Source of the DNA: Gammaproteobacteria bacterium
Lineage (GTDB): Bacteria; Pseudomonadota; Gammaproteobacteria; UBA4575
Assembly: GCA_965243395.1 (NCBI GenBank)
Contig: CBDEUS010000002.1
Location: 107,444-171,443, forward strand
Reading direction: 5' to 3'
DNA: 64,000 nt
Made by a program: the position numbers and the translations under genes. A model generated the notes under the pieces. The model ran no database searches. It worked only from the letters and a program-made list of their open reading frames with translations, and had not been told where the DNA came from. Each line of letters opens with the position of its first letter. Position 1 is the stretch's first letter. Of this stretch, positions 37,495 through 47,585 are shown piece after piece.

Positions 37495-38148
37495 TTAATC
37501 CTCAAGGGCTGACAAAAAAGAAATCATTGCTTTACGTTGTTTTTCATTTAAAGAGAGTGATGCAGAAATTATTTCTTGAATGTCCGTTAATTGTTTTTGA
37601 AATTCTTTATTGTTCAATTCTTTAGGTGCTTCATCCAACCAACCTACTGGTTTTTTTGCTGCAACTTCAATTCCTCTTGCAAACTCATCACTCATGCTTG
37701 GAATAAATGGTGTTTTGTAATGTTGTTGAAATAATTCCCATGATACTCCTGCTGATTCACATTCTTTTTTAGAACAAACCTTATTACCAGACTTTCCACA
37801 TAGGGTCTTAAAGTTTGTAAATCTAACGATTTGAAGAAATGGGTCTAAGTTTTTTACAGGAGCAGTGCCAAATAATAACCAATTGGTGGAATATCCAGTA
37901 ACTTTGCTAATACCTTCAATGATTTTTAAATTTGGGTTTTGTGGAGCCGACGTTTCGTAAAGAGAAAGAAGTTGTTTTGACACCTTTAGTCTTCTTTTTT
38001 TCAATAATTGCATCATCTCACTTGGATCAATGCCATTAACTACACGTGCAAAACGCACCCTTGATGAAACTGTAGCTAATTCATTTTTTCGTTTTGAACT
38101 ACTAGTTGATTTTTTGGAGACACGACGTTTAGATTTATTTTTTACCAT
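37495..38148 (-). CDS. hypothetical protein with strongly basic N-terminus
   Basis: 217 aa; N-terminal MVKNKSKRRVSKKSTSSSKRKNE; no recognisable domain. Confidence 0.45.
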   Translation of the reverse strand: MVKNKSKRRVSKKSTSSSKRKNELATVSSRVRFARVVNGIDPSEMMQLLKKRRLKVSKQLLSLYETSAPQNPNLKIIEGISKVTGYSTNWLLFGTAPVKNLDPFLQIVRFTNFKTLCGKSGNKVCSKKECESAGVSWELFQQHYKTPFIPSMSDEFARGIEVAAKKPVGWLDEAPKELNNKEFQKQLTDIQEIISASLSLNEKQRKAMISFLSALED

Positions 38149-38199
38149 TCGTTTTTCACTTCATGTTTTCAAGCAATAATTTTAAATTCTTATTATTTT

Positions 38200-39915
38200 C
38201 TATGGTATGACGGGTACTCGCATATGCGTAGGCGTTTCTCCTCCGAAACAAATTTTTTGCATAGCACTTATTGCCTCAGTCTCATAAGGAATGGAATCTC
38301 CAGTGTTTGGGTTTCGATCAAATCTTGGGAAACTGCTGCTTGTGATATGGACCCTAATTTGATGTCCCTTTTTGAAAACATAACTTGTAGGCCACAGTTC
38401 AATCTCAATCTTTTTCGCATTTTTACAGCTTTGTCCTTCTAATTGATACTCCGCTCTTTTTATGCCATCAGTAACGTTATAGGAACTTCCATCTTCAAAT
38501 ACATCCGTAATTCTAACTACAAAATCTGTATTACTTACATTTGTTTGCACATAAAGAAATGCAGATACAGGACCAGTTATTTCAGTATCTTCATTCAGCA
38601 CTTCGCTTGTATAAACAAGTACATCTTTTCTCGATTCGATTTCATTTTGCAGTGCGATCCCAGCCCGTGGACCTAAAACTACTCCACCATTTGATGGAAC
38701 TGGAATATTTGGATCATAGACATAATGATCAAACCCAAATTTTTCAGGATTAGCCCAAGTTAATTTTCCCGAATGTGCTGAAGTACCCGCAGTTCCATCA
38801 CTGGAAATGTATAAATTCTTAAATTGAGTCCTCGCTAATGGCCATTCGTTTTCATATCTCCATTCATTCTTACCAAGTACAAATAATTTAATTTTTCCCA
38901 AGCCATTTTTCTCATTGTTTTGTTCTAATAATTTTTTGTCAAACCAATTTAAGGCTTCTTTGATACTTGTCTCTCTATATGTTGGTACTTTATTTAAACT
39001 AGGTATTTTTACTTCTCTTGCATGTGACCACGGACCGACTATTATTTCTCCCTGTTTTAATTGCACGAAATCATTAATTTGAGAGGGTAAAAATGGGTCA
39101 AACCAGCCAGCAAGCATTTGCACGGGGGCACTTATTGTTTTTGCTCTATCGACACCATCAATATTAATCCAGTAGTTATTTTTAGTATTGTTTAGTACCC
39201 AGTCGTTAAAAAACTGTATGTCTTTATCAGCGCGCTCGTCTGCTTCAATTAATGGGAACCCATCAAATCCTTTTTCCATATCCTTAATTTTAGGTTCGAT
39301 GTCTTTTTTGCCACCACTTTGAAGTGACCATCTAAGTGCGCTCTCAAGAGAGAAAGCACCGCCTGGGTAAAACATGTCATAGAAGCTAGTACTAACAATA
39401 TGCAAGTGGTAAGCACTGATACTTGGATTAATTTGATCAGAGATGGCTAGCTGTGTGTATCCAAAAGCAGAACCACCCCACATGCCAAGTTGTCCATTGA
39501 ACCATGGTTGCTCGTTCAACCATTGCAATGTTTCGATTCCATCACTTCTTTCATTTATTAATGGATAGTAATCACCTTGAGATTTATAACGCCCACGTGT
39601 TCCTTGAATAACAACATTGTATCCACGAGATGCCCAGTATCTTGCGACTGATTCTGATTTCAAACGATTCGAGAATGTATTTGTAAAAGGTATTCTTACT
39701 AAAATCGTAGGTACCGGTTTATTAACAATTGGCCTATAGACATCAGAGACAAGAGTTATATTGTCTGATGTAATTAAACTTTTATCTTCATGTTTTACTA
39801 CTTTATATTCTCTTGATCGAACTCCTTCATTCGGAAGAAATAATTCTTGTGTAATGGTTTGACAACCATATAACAGAAAAAATAACAAAAAAGAAAGATA
39901 TCTAAAAAGTTTCAT
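38200..39915 (-). CDS. CocE/NonD-family hydrolase (S15 X-Pro dipeptidyl-peptidase fold), secreted
   Basis: 571 aa, signal peptide, catalytic-Ser context GGSAFGY, alpha/beta-hydrolase plus C-terminal beta-sandwich. Confidence 0.7.
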   Translation of the reverse strand: MKLFRYLSFLLFFLLYGCQTITQELFLPNEGVRSREYKVVKHEDKSLITSDNITLVSDVYRPIVNKPVPTILVRIPFTNTFSNRLKSESVARYWASRGYNVVIQGTRGRYKSQGDYYPLINERSDGIETLQWLNEQPWFNGQLGMWGGSAFGYTQLAISDQINPSISAYHLHIVSTSFYDMFYPGGAFSLESALRWSLQSGGKKDIEPKIKDMEKGFDGFPLIEADERADKDIQFFNDWVLNNTKNNYWINIDGVDRAKTISAPVQMLAGWFDPFLPSQINDFVQLKQGEIIVGPWSHAREVKIPSLNKVPTYRETSIKEALNWFDKKLLEQNNEKNGLGKIKLFVLGKNEWRYENEWPLARTQFKNLYISSDGTAGTSAHSGKLTWANPEKFGFDHYVYDPNIPVPSNGGVVLGPRAGIALQNEIESRKDVLVYTSEVLNEDTEITGPVSAFLYVQTNVSNTDFVVRITDVFEDGSSYNVTDGIKRAEYQLEGQSCKNAKKIEIELWPTSYVFKKGHQIRVHITSSSFPRFDRNPNTGDSIPYETEAISAMQKICFGGETPTHMRVPVIP

Positions 39916-40658
39916 CTTGGTTTTTTTCGCTTCACACCTAGCAATTTAGCAAACCCCCATTTTCTGAAACCGAGCATCATTGCAACACCATTACGCTTAT
40001 TAGCAGGTATTTTCAAATCTTCGCTAATTAACTGGTCAAAGTATCTTGCAACTTCATCAAGCTTCTCATGCATTTTATGGATTGCCCCGTCGGTAAGCAT
40101 TCCGCCAACGAAATGGAGTTTTTCATCTTGATGCAAAAATTTAGTTTTTAGAAACTCTGTTAACACTTCTTGATTGAAAAACTTTTGTACAGGCCCATTG
40201 TCAGACCATTTAAAATTTCGAGCCGTTAATACTCGAATTCGATTGAATGGTTGTAGCTCTATAAGTCCAATTTTTTCTAATTTTATAAAATGCTTGTTAA
40301 GCTCGGCTTCAGATATATCAAACGTATCTTTTATTTCATATTCTTTCCAATGATTGAGAACAAGGTAAGTGACGAGTAGTAAACGATGATTATTCACAAA
40401 CTCTTTTTCTTGCTCTAGCGTAAGTTGTGTCACCAAAGGTTGTTGTTGCTCAGAATCTAAAACAATTTCTTTGATATCGATTCCAAGCCAACTGCACAAA
40501 GTTTCAAGTCGATTTAAAGATAGTCCTCCCGTGGAAAAGAGTCTTCTGATACTGGGCTCACTGAGCTGTAATACTTTTGCTGCATCGCTGTATGTTTTCC
40601 CCTGCTCCCTTATCCGTTTCTTTAGAGCAACATGAATTGATTTGCTTTGAATTGCCAT
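39912..40658 (-). CDS. HTH-domain transcriptional regulator
   Basis: 248 aa; N-terminal HTH (KTYSDAAKVLQLSEPSIRRLFSTG); 4-nt overlap with the hydrolase; divergent from the lipid operon. Confidence 0.5.
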   Translation of the reverse strand: MAIQSKSIHVALKKRIREQGKTYSDAAKVLQLSEPSIRRLFSTGGLSLNRLETLCSWLGIDIKEIVLDSEQQQPLVTQLTLEQEKEFVNNHRLLLVTYLVLNHWKEYEIKDTFDISEAELNKHFIKLEKIGLIELQPFNRIRVLTARNFKWSDNGPVQKFFNQEVLTEFLKTKFLHQDEKLHFVGGMLTDGAIHKMHEKLDEVARYFDQLISEDLKIPANKRNGVAMMLGFRKWGFAKLLGVKRKKPR

Positions 40659-40768
40659 AATGTATTATATATTGATACATATTGACTATATTTTGCAATT
40701 ATTTAGATAAATATTGCAAATATTGAGACAAAACGGAAATATACTCTCAAATACAAGGGAGTATCAGC

Positions 40769-41500
40769 GTGAGTCCATTTGTCATAATTGTCGCTATAGG
40801 GATCAGCATGATCATAATTGAAAGATTGTGGCCAAACGCTGTGTTACCCAATACTCCACGTTGGTGGGCAAGAGCTTTTACATTTAATTTTGCCCAAGCG
40901 TTAATCAGTTTTATTGCGGCGGTTACTTGGGACAAGTGGTTTCCATACTTCAATTTATTTGATATCGACACACTTCCTAACGCTGTTCAAATATTTATTG
41001 GCTACATCACAATTACATTTATCTATTATTGGTGGCATCGTGCACGACATGAAATTCCTTTGCTGTGGAATGTGTTTCACCAAATTCATCATAGTCCAGC
41101 AAGACTAGAGGTAATCACAAGCTTTTATAAACATCCGCTAGAAATATTCGTAAACGGAGTACTATCAAGTTGGTTGTTACATAGCTTATTAGGTGTAACA
41201 CCCACCGTTGCTGCCTCTGTTGTGATGATCACCGGTCTTGCTGAATTCTTTTATCACTGGAATATACGCACACCTTACTGGTTAGGATACTTGTTTCAGC
41301 GCCCAGAAAGTCATCGCGTGCATCATCAGCATGGGCTTCATCATTTTAATTATTCGGATTTACCGGTTTGGGACATGTTATTTGGAACATTCAATAATCC
41401 TAAATCAACACCCATGCAAACAGGATTTGAAATTAAAGATGAATTACAGCTTAAAACCATGTTGCTTGGAAAGCCTGTTGTTAATAGGAAAACATCATGA
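40769..41500 (+). CDS. fatty-acid hydroxylase / sterol desaturase family membrane protein
   Basis: His boxes HRARHEIPLLWNVFHQIHHS and HRVHHQHGLHHFN. Confidence 0.7.
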   Translation: MSPFVIIVAIGISMIIIERLWPNAVLPNTPRWWARAFTFNFAQALISFIAAVTWDKWFPYFNLFDIDTLPNAVQIFIGYITITFIYYWWHRARHEIPLLWNVFHQIHHSPARLEVITSFYKHPLEIFVNGVLSSWLLHSLLGVTPTVAASVVMITGLAEFFYHWNIRTPYWLGYLFQRPESHRVHHQHGLHHFNYSDLPVWDMLFGTFNNPKSTPMQTGFEIKDELQLKTMLLGKPVVNRKTS

Positions 41501-41994
41501 AGCATAAAATAATTTTTTTATTCTTAATATTCATAGGCAGTGTACGCGCAGTTGCAGATATTGGTGGATATTCAAACGTATCTTCGTTTTTCTCATTATT
41601 TAATGCATCACCCGCTATGAAAGTTTTCACGGCACACAAAAATTATGAGACATTTTCACCAATTTTTATGCTTGATTTTCATGGAAACAATGGTGCTTCC
41701 ACATCTGTTGAATTAACACCTGAACTCTATAGAAAATTAGAAGGCCCTTACAATCGAAGAAACATATTTGGCGCTGCTATTTCCTATGGTCCTGTTCTCG
41801 TAAGCAATCAAAATACAGCAGATTTATTTTACAGTGTTGCTAGGTATAGTTTTTGTAATCCAGGTAAGCTGATTAAAGAATTAGAAATTGATGTGCCGGA
41901 TGATGTAAACAAAGTGACGGTTCGTTATCTTCATCAAGAAAATGTAAATACTGATTATCCTGTTCAATTGGAGGTGGACTGTGAAAAATTCTAA
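41497..41994 (+). CDS. hypothetical secreted protein
   Basis: 165 aa with signal peptide; 4-nt overlap with the upstream gene. Confidence 0.45.
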   Translation: MKHKIIFLFLIFIGSVRAVADIGGYSNVSSFFSLFNASPAMKVFTAHKNYETFSPIFMLDFHGNNGASTSVELTPELYRKLEGPYNRRNIFGAAISYGPVLVSNQNTADLFYSVARYSFCNPGKLIKELEIDVPDDVNKVTVRYLHQENVNTDYPVQLEVDCEKF

Positions 41995-43219
41995 CTGGAC
42001 TGCTGGTATGTTCGCAATCTTCAGAATTTTACTAGGATCGTATTTAGTAGTGCACTTTCTACATCTTGTACCATGGGGCGCAGAAGTTTTTGGTAACAAT
42101 GGAACGCTACATAGTTCTTCAGTCAGTCCACTCATGGGTATCATACCGAACCCACTAAACACATTAGGTGATAGTTATTTTATAAGTGTATTACTTGTGA
42201 TCGGTGCAATAAGTGGAATACTACTTGTATTAGGCAAGTGGGACCGCATAGGTGCTGCTATTTCATTGGTTGTATTAGCATGGCTCTATCAACGAAATCC
42301 TCTGATTGCGAATCCTTCGTTACCATTACTTGGTTGGATGTTGCTTGCTTATTGCTTTATACCTTTAGGAGGAATAGGCCGGGCATTTATAAATAACCGA
42401 GATACGACAAATTTTAACTGGCGATTACCAGGATCTGTATGGTGGGCAGCATGGATCGTATTAGGTGTAGCTTATACATATAGTGGCTATACAAAGTTAT
42501 TAAGTCCATCATGGGTGGACGGCTCTGCAATAAGTATTGTTCTAGAAAATCCTCTAGCAAGAGACTATTTTTTAAATAGTTTCCTTTTATCTATAGATCC
42601 ATGGTTTTTAAAAGGCCTTACGTGGGCAATTACATGGATTGAATTATTATTTCTACCACTAATTGCATTTAAGTCAACGCGATTTATTGTGTGGGCGTTG
42701 ATGTTGATTGTGCAGTTTGGCTTTCTTTTCTTGCTTAACTTTGCAGATTTAACGTTTCCAATGTTGCTTATCCATTTATTGCTATTCGACCCTCAATGGA
42801 TCAAACCAAAGCCAAATAAAAAAGAAACGATTTTCTATGATGGAAATTGTGCATTGTGTCATTCTGTTATACGCCTTGCATTATCTGAAATGCCAAGAGG
42901 ACGATACACATTTTCACCACTTCAAGGTAAATTGTTTGAAAATGCAATTCCAGAAAGTGCACGTTCACAATTACCCGATTCCTTTCTCGTTCTTACAAGT
43001 GACAATAAAGTGAAAGTCGAAGGTGATGCAGTTTTGCATGTGCTTCGTAGCTTTGGAGGACTGTGGTACTTATTAGGAACAGCTTTGAGTATTTTACCCA
43101 AAGTGATAATAAATTTCGGATATCGGGTTGTAGCAATAGTAAGATACCGATTATTTGGAACAAAAAGTAATTTGTGCCCGATAGTACCAACTGAATTCCA
43201 AAAATTATTCGTTAGTTAA
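41981..43219 (+). CDS. HTTM-like membrane domain fused to DCC thiol-disulfide oxidoreductase domain
   Basis: N-terminal ~290-aa polytopic HTTM-like domain; C-terminal FYDGNCALCH... matches the DUF393/DCC motif. Confidence 0.6.
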   Translation: MKNSNWTAGMFAIFRILLGSYLVVHFLHLVPWGAEVFGNNGTLHSSSVSPLMGIIPNPLNTLGDSYFISVLLVIGAISGILLVLGKWDRIGAAISLVVLAWLYQRNPLIANPSLPLLGWMLLAYCFIPLGGIGRAFINNRDTTNFNWRLPGSVWWAAWIVLGVAYTYSGYTKLLSPSWVDGSAISIVLENPLARDYFLNSFLLSIDPWFLKGLTWAITWIELLFLPLIAFKSTRFIVWALMLIVQFGFLFLLNFADLTFPMLLIHLLLFDPQWIKPKPNKKETIFYDGNCALCHSVIRLALSEMPRGRYTFSPLQGKLFENAIPESARSQLPDSFLVLTSDNKVKVEGDAVLHVLRSFGGLWYLLGTALSILPKVIINFGYRVVAIVRYRLFGTKSNLCPIVPTEFQKLFVS

Positions 43220-43223
43220 AACT

Positions 43224-43658
43224 ATGAGCAAGAGTAGTAAATATGCAATTGTTCTTTGGGTATTGCTTGGACTTTTCTGTTTTCGAGTACTTGCACAACT
43301 ATTTCAATTTATTTTTGATAGCCCATTTTTGCCACCGTTTGATGCTTGGTACAGCGGAGCGTTGGCCTATCCTTATTTGCTGATTTCTCAGGTGCTGATT
43401 ATCAGTATTTATTCATTTATCTGCATTCAATTTACCAAAGGTGTCTTTACGCCATCTAATCGGGTAGGAGTATTTTTCTTAGCAATTGGGGGCGTTTATG
43501 TGTGCTTTATGCTAGGAAGATTGCTTATTGGTCAGCTATTTACTTCTTCTGCTTGGTTTCACGCTTACATTCCCATTTTCTTTCATTTTATTCTTGCGCT
43601 ATTCCTAATTGTAGTTGGAATATTTCATATCAGAAATAAGAATATAGATGACTACTGA
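43224..43658 (+). CDS. hypothetical membrane protein
   Basis: 144 aa, 4 TMs. Confidence 0.45.
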   Translation: MSKSSKYAIVLWVLLGLFCFRVLAQLFQFIFDSPFLPPFDAWYSGALAYPYLLISQVLIISIYSFICIQFTKGVFTPSNRVGVFFLAIGGVYVCFMLGRLLIGQLFTSSAWFHAYIPIFFHFILALFLIVVGIFHIRNKNIDDY

Positions 43659-46236
43659 AGCAGTAAATAGATGGTTACCATGGGTTGCATACCCGCTTGG
43701 TATTGGAATAGGGATCTATCTGCATTTAACTATGCTGTCTTGGGGTATTGATATTCAAATTAGTACTTATGTACCAGTATTCCTTGCAGCTGGAATAATT
43801 ACATTGCTTGAGATTTATTTTCCATATTTACAACAATGGAAACCCAATACTCAAGATATAAAAAATGATGCAATGTACATGCTTGTGGTACAAACGATCT
43901 TGCCAAAAGTATTGGCATTTCTTACTGCATTAGTACTGTTACGTTATTCAAACGAAAGTGGATTATTTAATTTAAACCTTTGGCCTCATCACTTACCGGT
44001 TTGGCTTCAGGCAGTGCTAATGATTTTAGTGGCTGATTTTCTCCGTTACTGGCTTCATGTTGCTTCTCATAAAAATCGTTTCTTATGGAGATTTCATGCA
44101 GTTCATCATTCTCCTAAAAAATTGTATTGGATAAACACCGGAAGATTTCATCCCATTGAAGAAGTTGCTCAGTTTTTACTCGATGCTTTACCTTTCATTC
44201 TATTGGGTGTCAGTGAATATGTTTTGGCATTTTATTTCGTTTTCTATGCTATCAATGGTTTTTTTCAGCACTCCAATATAAGACTTAAGTTTGGTGTATT
44301 GAATTACGTAATTAGCACAGCAGAACTACATCGTTGGCATCATTCACGTCTTGAGAATGAATCTAATTCTAACTATGGAAATAACACAATTATCTGGGAT
44401 CTAGTCTTTTGTACAAGATACCTGCCTAGTGATAGAAGCATTGAAAAAATAGGGCTCATTAATTCTAAATATCCCATAACGTTTTTAGATCAACTTAAAA
44501 CACCATTTGTTGGAGGACTGGATAAAAAGTATTTGCCATTGCCTAGCATTAAACAGCTAATTGTGAACGGTTTAATTAAGCTTCAAATGAACATTACCAA
44601 ACATACTATTTGGAAACCTATGCTAAAAGCTGCCATAGACCCTATGCATACGCAATTTAGTTTCCTAAAAAAACTCATTGAAGAAAATGCTGATACTGAA
44701 TTCGGCAAAGAACATCATTTTAAAAAAATTAACTCTTATGAAGATTACTGCAGGCTTGTTCCTATTCAGTCATACGAAAGCTTAAGTCCATATTTTACAA
44801 AACAAGATAAGTTAAAAGAATTTTCGATAAACAGCCAACAACCGTTTATGTATGCCGTTACAAGCGGTACTACGGGTGCATCTAAACTTATACCGATTCT
44901 TGATAAGACAGTTAAACAAAATAAAAAACACCAGAAGCTTTTTACCTATATTCAATACAGAGACAATCCGGGAACATTCAGCGGTAAAATGCTTGGAATT
45001 GTAAGCCCTGCGATTGAAGGATATACAGAGCCAGGTACGCCATTTGGCTCAGTATCTGGTGTTCTATATAAAAACATGCCTTCGATCATGAAATCGAAAT
45101 ATGTGCTTCCATTTGAAATTTTTTCAATTGAAAACTATGACCTTAAATATCAGCTAATTCTTAGGATTGCTCTATCACACAAAGATATCACCTACTTTGT
45201 TACAGCAAATCCATCAACTTTACTATTACTCAACAAAATACTAAACGAGGATATTTCTGTATTAGCAAATGAAATTGAGCAAGGAGATTTTAGAGAATAC
45301 GAAACTTTACCAAAGAGCATCCAAACATTTATTACAAAGAATTTGAAGCCAAATCCTGATCGGGCAAATGAACTACGTCAGCTGATATTGAATAAAAAAG
45401 AAATTACTTTTGCGGATGTGTGGCCACAATTACAAACTGTTGTTACTTGGACGGGTGGTAGTTGTGGTATCGCAATAGATGCGGTTAAGCAAAAACTTCC
45501 AGCCATTACAAAAGTAATCGAGCTAGGTTATATGGCTACTGAAGTCAGAGGGACTATAACAATTGATGCAGAAAAAAATCTTGGTTTACCTACAATTCAA
45601 GATAATTTCTTTGAATTTGTTGAAAGAGATGATTGGGAGAATGAAAAACATAACTTCATAACAATTGATCAACTATCTAAAAACAAAGAATACTATATTT
45701 TCATAACAACAAACTCTGGTCTTTATCGATATTTCATCAACGACATAGTAAGAGTAAATGGAAAAATTGAAAATACACCTACTATTCAATTCATACAAAA
45801 AGGAAAAGGTGTAACTAGTATTACTGGCGAAAAATTATATGAATGTCAGGTTATTGAATCGATGAAACTAACGGAAAAAGAATTTAATTTCTCAAACATT
45901 TTTTACATGATGCTTGCTGATAATGTACATTCAAACTACGAATTATTCATTGAGACACCTGAGAATTATGACCCTCCTTTGGAAGCAATAAGAGACTATA
46001 TTGAGACTTGTCTATGCAAATTAAATATTGAATACCAAAGTAAGCTTGCAAGCGGGAGATTAAAACCACTTTCTTTGCATCATATAAAAAGTGGGACAAG
46101 AGAAAGTTTTAAGAAATTTTATATTGAAAAAGGTCAAAAAGAGAGTCAATTTAAAATCGTGGCACTTCAATATAAGGATGAACTAGAGTTTGATTTTGAG
46201 AATTATATTATAGAATTATTTGAAAAGGCGAGTTAA
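43648..46236 (+). CDS. fusion protein: N-terminal fatty-acid hydroxylase domain + C-terminal GH3-family acyl-acid amido synthetase domain
   Basis: residues ~1-260: TMs and His boxes HVASHKNRFLWRFHAVHHS / HRWHHS; residues ~300-862: GH3 nucleotide-binding motif YAVTSGTTGASKLIP. Confidence 0.65.
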   Translation: MTTEAVNRWLPWVAYPLGIGIGIYLHLTMLSWGIDIQISTYVPVFLAAGIITLLEIYFPYLQQWKPNTQDIKNDAMYMLVVQTILPKVLAFLTALVLLRYSNESGLFNLNLWPHHLPVWLQAVLMILVADFLRYWLHVASHKNRFLWRFHAVHHSPKKLYWINTGRFHPIEEVAQFLLDALPFILLGVSEYVLAFYFVFYAINGFFQHSNIRLKFGVLNYVISTAELHRWHHSRLENESNSNYGNNTIIWDLVFCTRYLPSDRSIEKIGLINSKYPITFLDQLKTPFVGGLDKKYLPLPSIKQLIVNGLIKLQMNITKHTIWKPMLKAAIDPMHTQFSFLKKLIEENADTEFGKEHHFKKINSYEDYCRLVPIQSYESLSPYFTKQDKLKEFSINSQQPFMYAVTSGTTGASKLIPILDKTVKQNKKHQKLFTYIQYRDNPGTFSGKMLGIVSPAIEGYTEPGTPFGSVSGVLYKNMPSIMKSKYVLPFEIFSIENYDLKYQLILRIALSHKDITYFVTANPSTLLLLNKILNEDISVLANEIEQGDFREYETLPKSIQTFITKNLKPNPDRANELRQLILNKKEITFADVWPQLQTVVTWTGGSCGIAIDAVKQKLPAITKVIELGYMATEVRGTITIDAEKNLGLPTIQDNFFEFVERDDWENEKHNFITIDQLSKNKEYYIFITTNSGLYRYFINDIVRVNGKIENTPTIQFIQKGKGVTSITGEKLYECQVIESMKLTEKEFNFSNIFYMMLADNVHSNYELFIETPENYDPPLEAIRDYIETCLCKLNIEYQSKLASGRLKPLSLHHIKSGTRESFKKFYIEKGQKESQFKIVALQYKDELEFDFENYIIELFEKAS

Positions 46237-46244
46237 CCGCAGTC

Positions 46245-47369
46245 ATGCTGATTGAAAACGCCAATCTAAAAAAAATAGATATCCCCTTTGTAGTCTCTTT
46301 TAAACACTCCTCTGCCGAACGATCTAAAACGGAGAGTGTTCTCGTAGAGATGATTTCCAAAAGCAGTATATCTGGTTATGGGGAATCATGTCCAAGAGAA
46401 TATGTAACATCAGAAAATATTGAGAGTGTAAAAGTATTTTTTAATAAAAATATTCTCTCTTTCAAAGATTATGTAAATGACATAGATAGCCTAAAAATTT
46501 GGTTGGGAAACAATATTGAAAGTATTGATCTTAATCCTGCAGCAATGTGTGCTATTGAAATGGCCTTTTTAGATATGTTTTCAAAAAATAAGGGTATATC
46601 AATTGAGAATTCAATAGGCATTCCTGAACTGCAAGGTCAATTTAAATATACAGCAGTAATTGGAGATAGTAGTTCAGAAATATTTTATAGCATTCTTAAA
46701 AAGTATATTGATATGGGTTTTGATGATTACAAAATTAAGCTCTCTGGTATCTTAGAGAAGGATCAAGAAAAATGTCATATATTAAATACTAAACTAACAT
46801 TCCCTTTTCGCTTACGCTTCGATGCTAATAATTTATGGAATAATCATGAAACTGCGATCAGTTACTTATCTAAACTAGATATCGATTATTTTGCAATTGA
46901 AGAACCCCTTACACCAAATGATTATCTAGGTTTAGCCAAACTCTCAAGTGAGCTAAATAAACAAATCATATTAGATGAGAGTTTTTTGAACCTTGGTCAA
47001 TTCGATAACCTCTTTGAAAATCCTGAAATGTGGATAATTAATCTTCGAGTATCAAAAATGGGCGGTTTATTAAGATCAATGAAGATTATTGATATAGCAA
47101 AAAATCATGGGATTAAAATAATTATCGGTGCTCAGGTCGGTGAAACAAGCCTTCTTACAAGAGCAGCTCTAACTATTGCAAATTATGCAAGAGATATTCT
47201 TATTGCCCAAGAAGGTGCGTTTGGAAATTTATTACTGAAATCAGATTTATGTGATTCACCCATTATGTTTGGTAAATCAGGCATCCTTGATTCTTCCAAA
47301 TTACAAACAACCAGCTCTGGCTTTGGGTTTGAACTTAAAAACTACGAACACTTCGAGCAGCTAAGTTAG
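46245..47369 (+). CDS. enolase-superfamily enzyme (MR/MLE subgroup; OSBS / N-acylamino-acid racemase / dipeptide-epimerase-like)
   Basis: catalytic pattern KIKLSG, DANNLW, IEEP, ILDES, NLRVSKMGG. Confidence 0.65.
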   Translation: MLIENANLKKIDIPFVVSFKHSSAERSKTESVLVEMISKSSISGYGESCPREYVTSENIESVKVFFNKNILSFKDYVNDIDSLKIWLGNNIESIDLNPAAMCAIEMAFLDMFSKNKGISIENSIGIPELQGQFKYTAVIGDSSSEIFYSILKKYIDMGFDDYKIKLSGILEKDQEKCHILNTKLTFPFRLRFDANNLWNNHETAISYLSKLDIDYFAIEEPLTPNDYLGLAKLSSELNKQIILDESFLNLGQFDNLFENPEMWIINLRVSKMGGLLRSMKIIDIAKNHGIKIIIGAQVGETSLLTRAALTIANYARDILIAQEGAFGNLLLKSDLCDSPIMFGKSGILDSSKLQTTSSGFGFELKNYEHFEQLS

Positions 47370-47416
47370 TTTGCTACTTAAAGAAATACTATCAAGTTTG
47401 TAAAAAACTGACTCAA

Positions 47417-47461
47417 TGGTGGCCAGGGGCAGAATCGAACTGCCGACACGAGGATTTTCAG
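47417..47461 (-). repeat. direct repeat 2: 3' half of a tRNA-Phe(GAA) gene, att-site remnant
   Basis: minus strand reads CTGAAAATCCTCGTGTCGGCAGTTCGATTCTGCCCCTGGCCACCA; identity to a tRNA ends exactly at the 5' side of the anticodon loop. Confidence 0.75.
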
Positions 47462-47585
47462 CCTGCTTCATAACTGTAGATACTCGTGCACGTTTCGTGT
47501 TTAATAGTAATTAAATCTTACACTTAAAACGTTTAATTAATTTTAAACGTGTCTAATCGTAGCACGAAATCTTCCACCAAATGGT

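Larger units (their letters stand above)
14005..47461. mobile_element. candidate ~33.4-kb integrated island bounded by tRNA-Phe 3'-half direct repeats (may be a composite with the island to its right)
   Basis: two imperfect 45-nt direct repeats at 14005-14049 and 47417-47461; a P4-type integrase lies immediately right of the second copy; contents are accessory-type. Confidence 0.5.
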
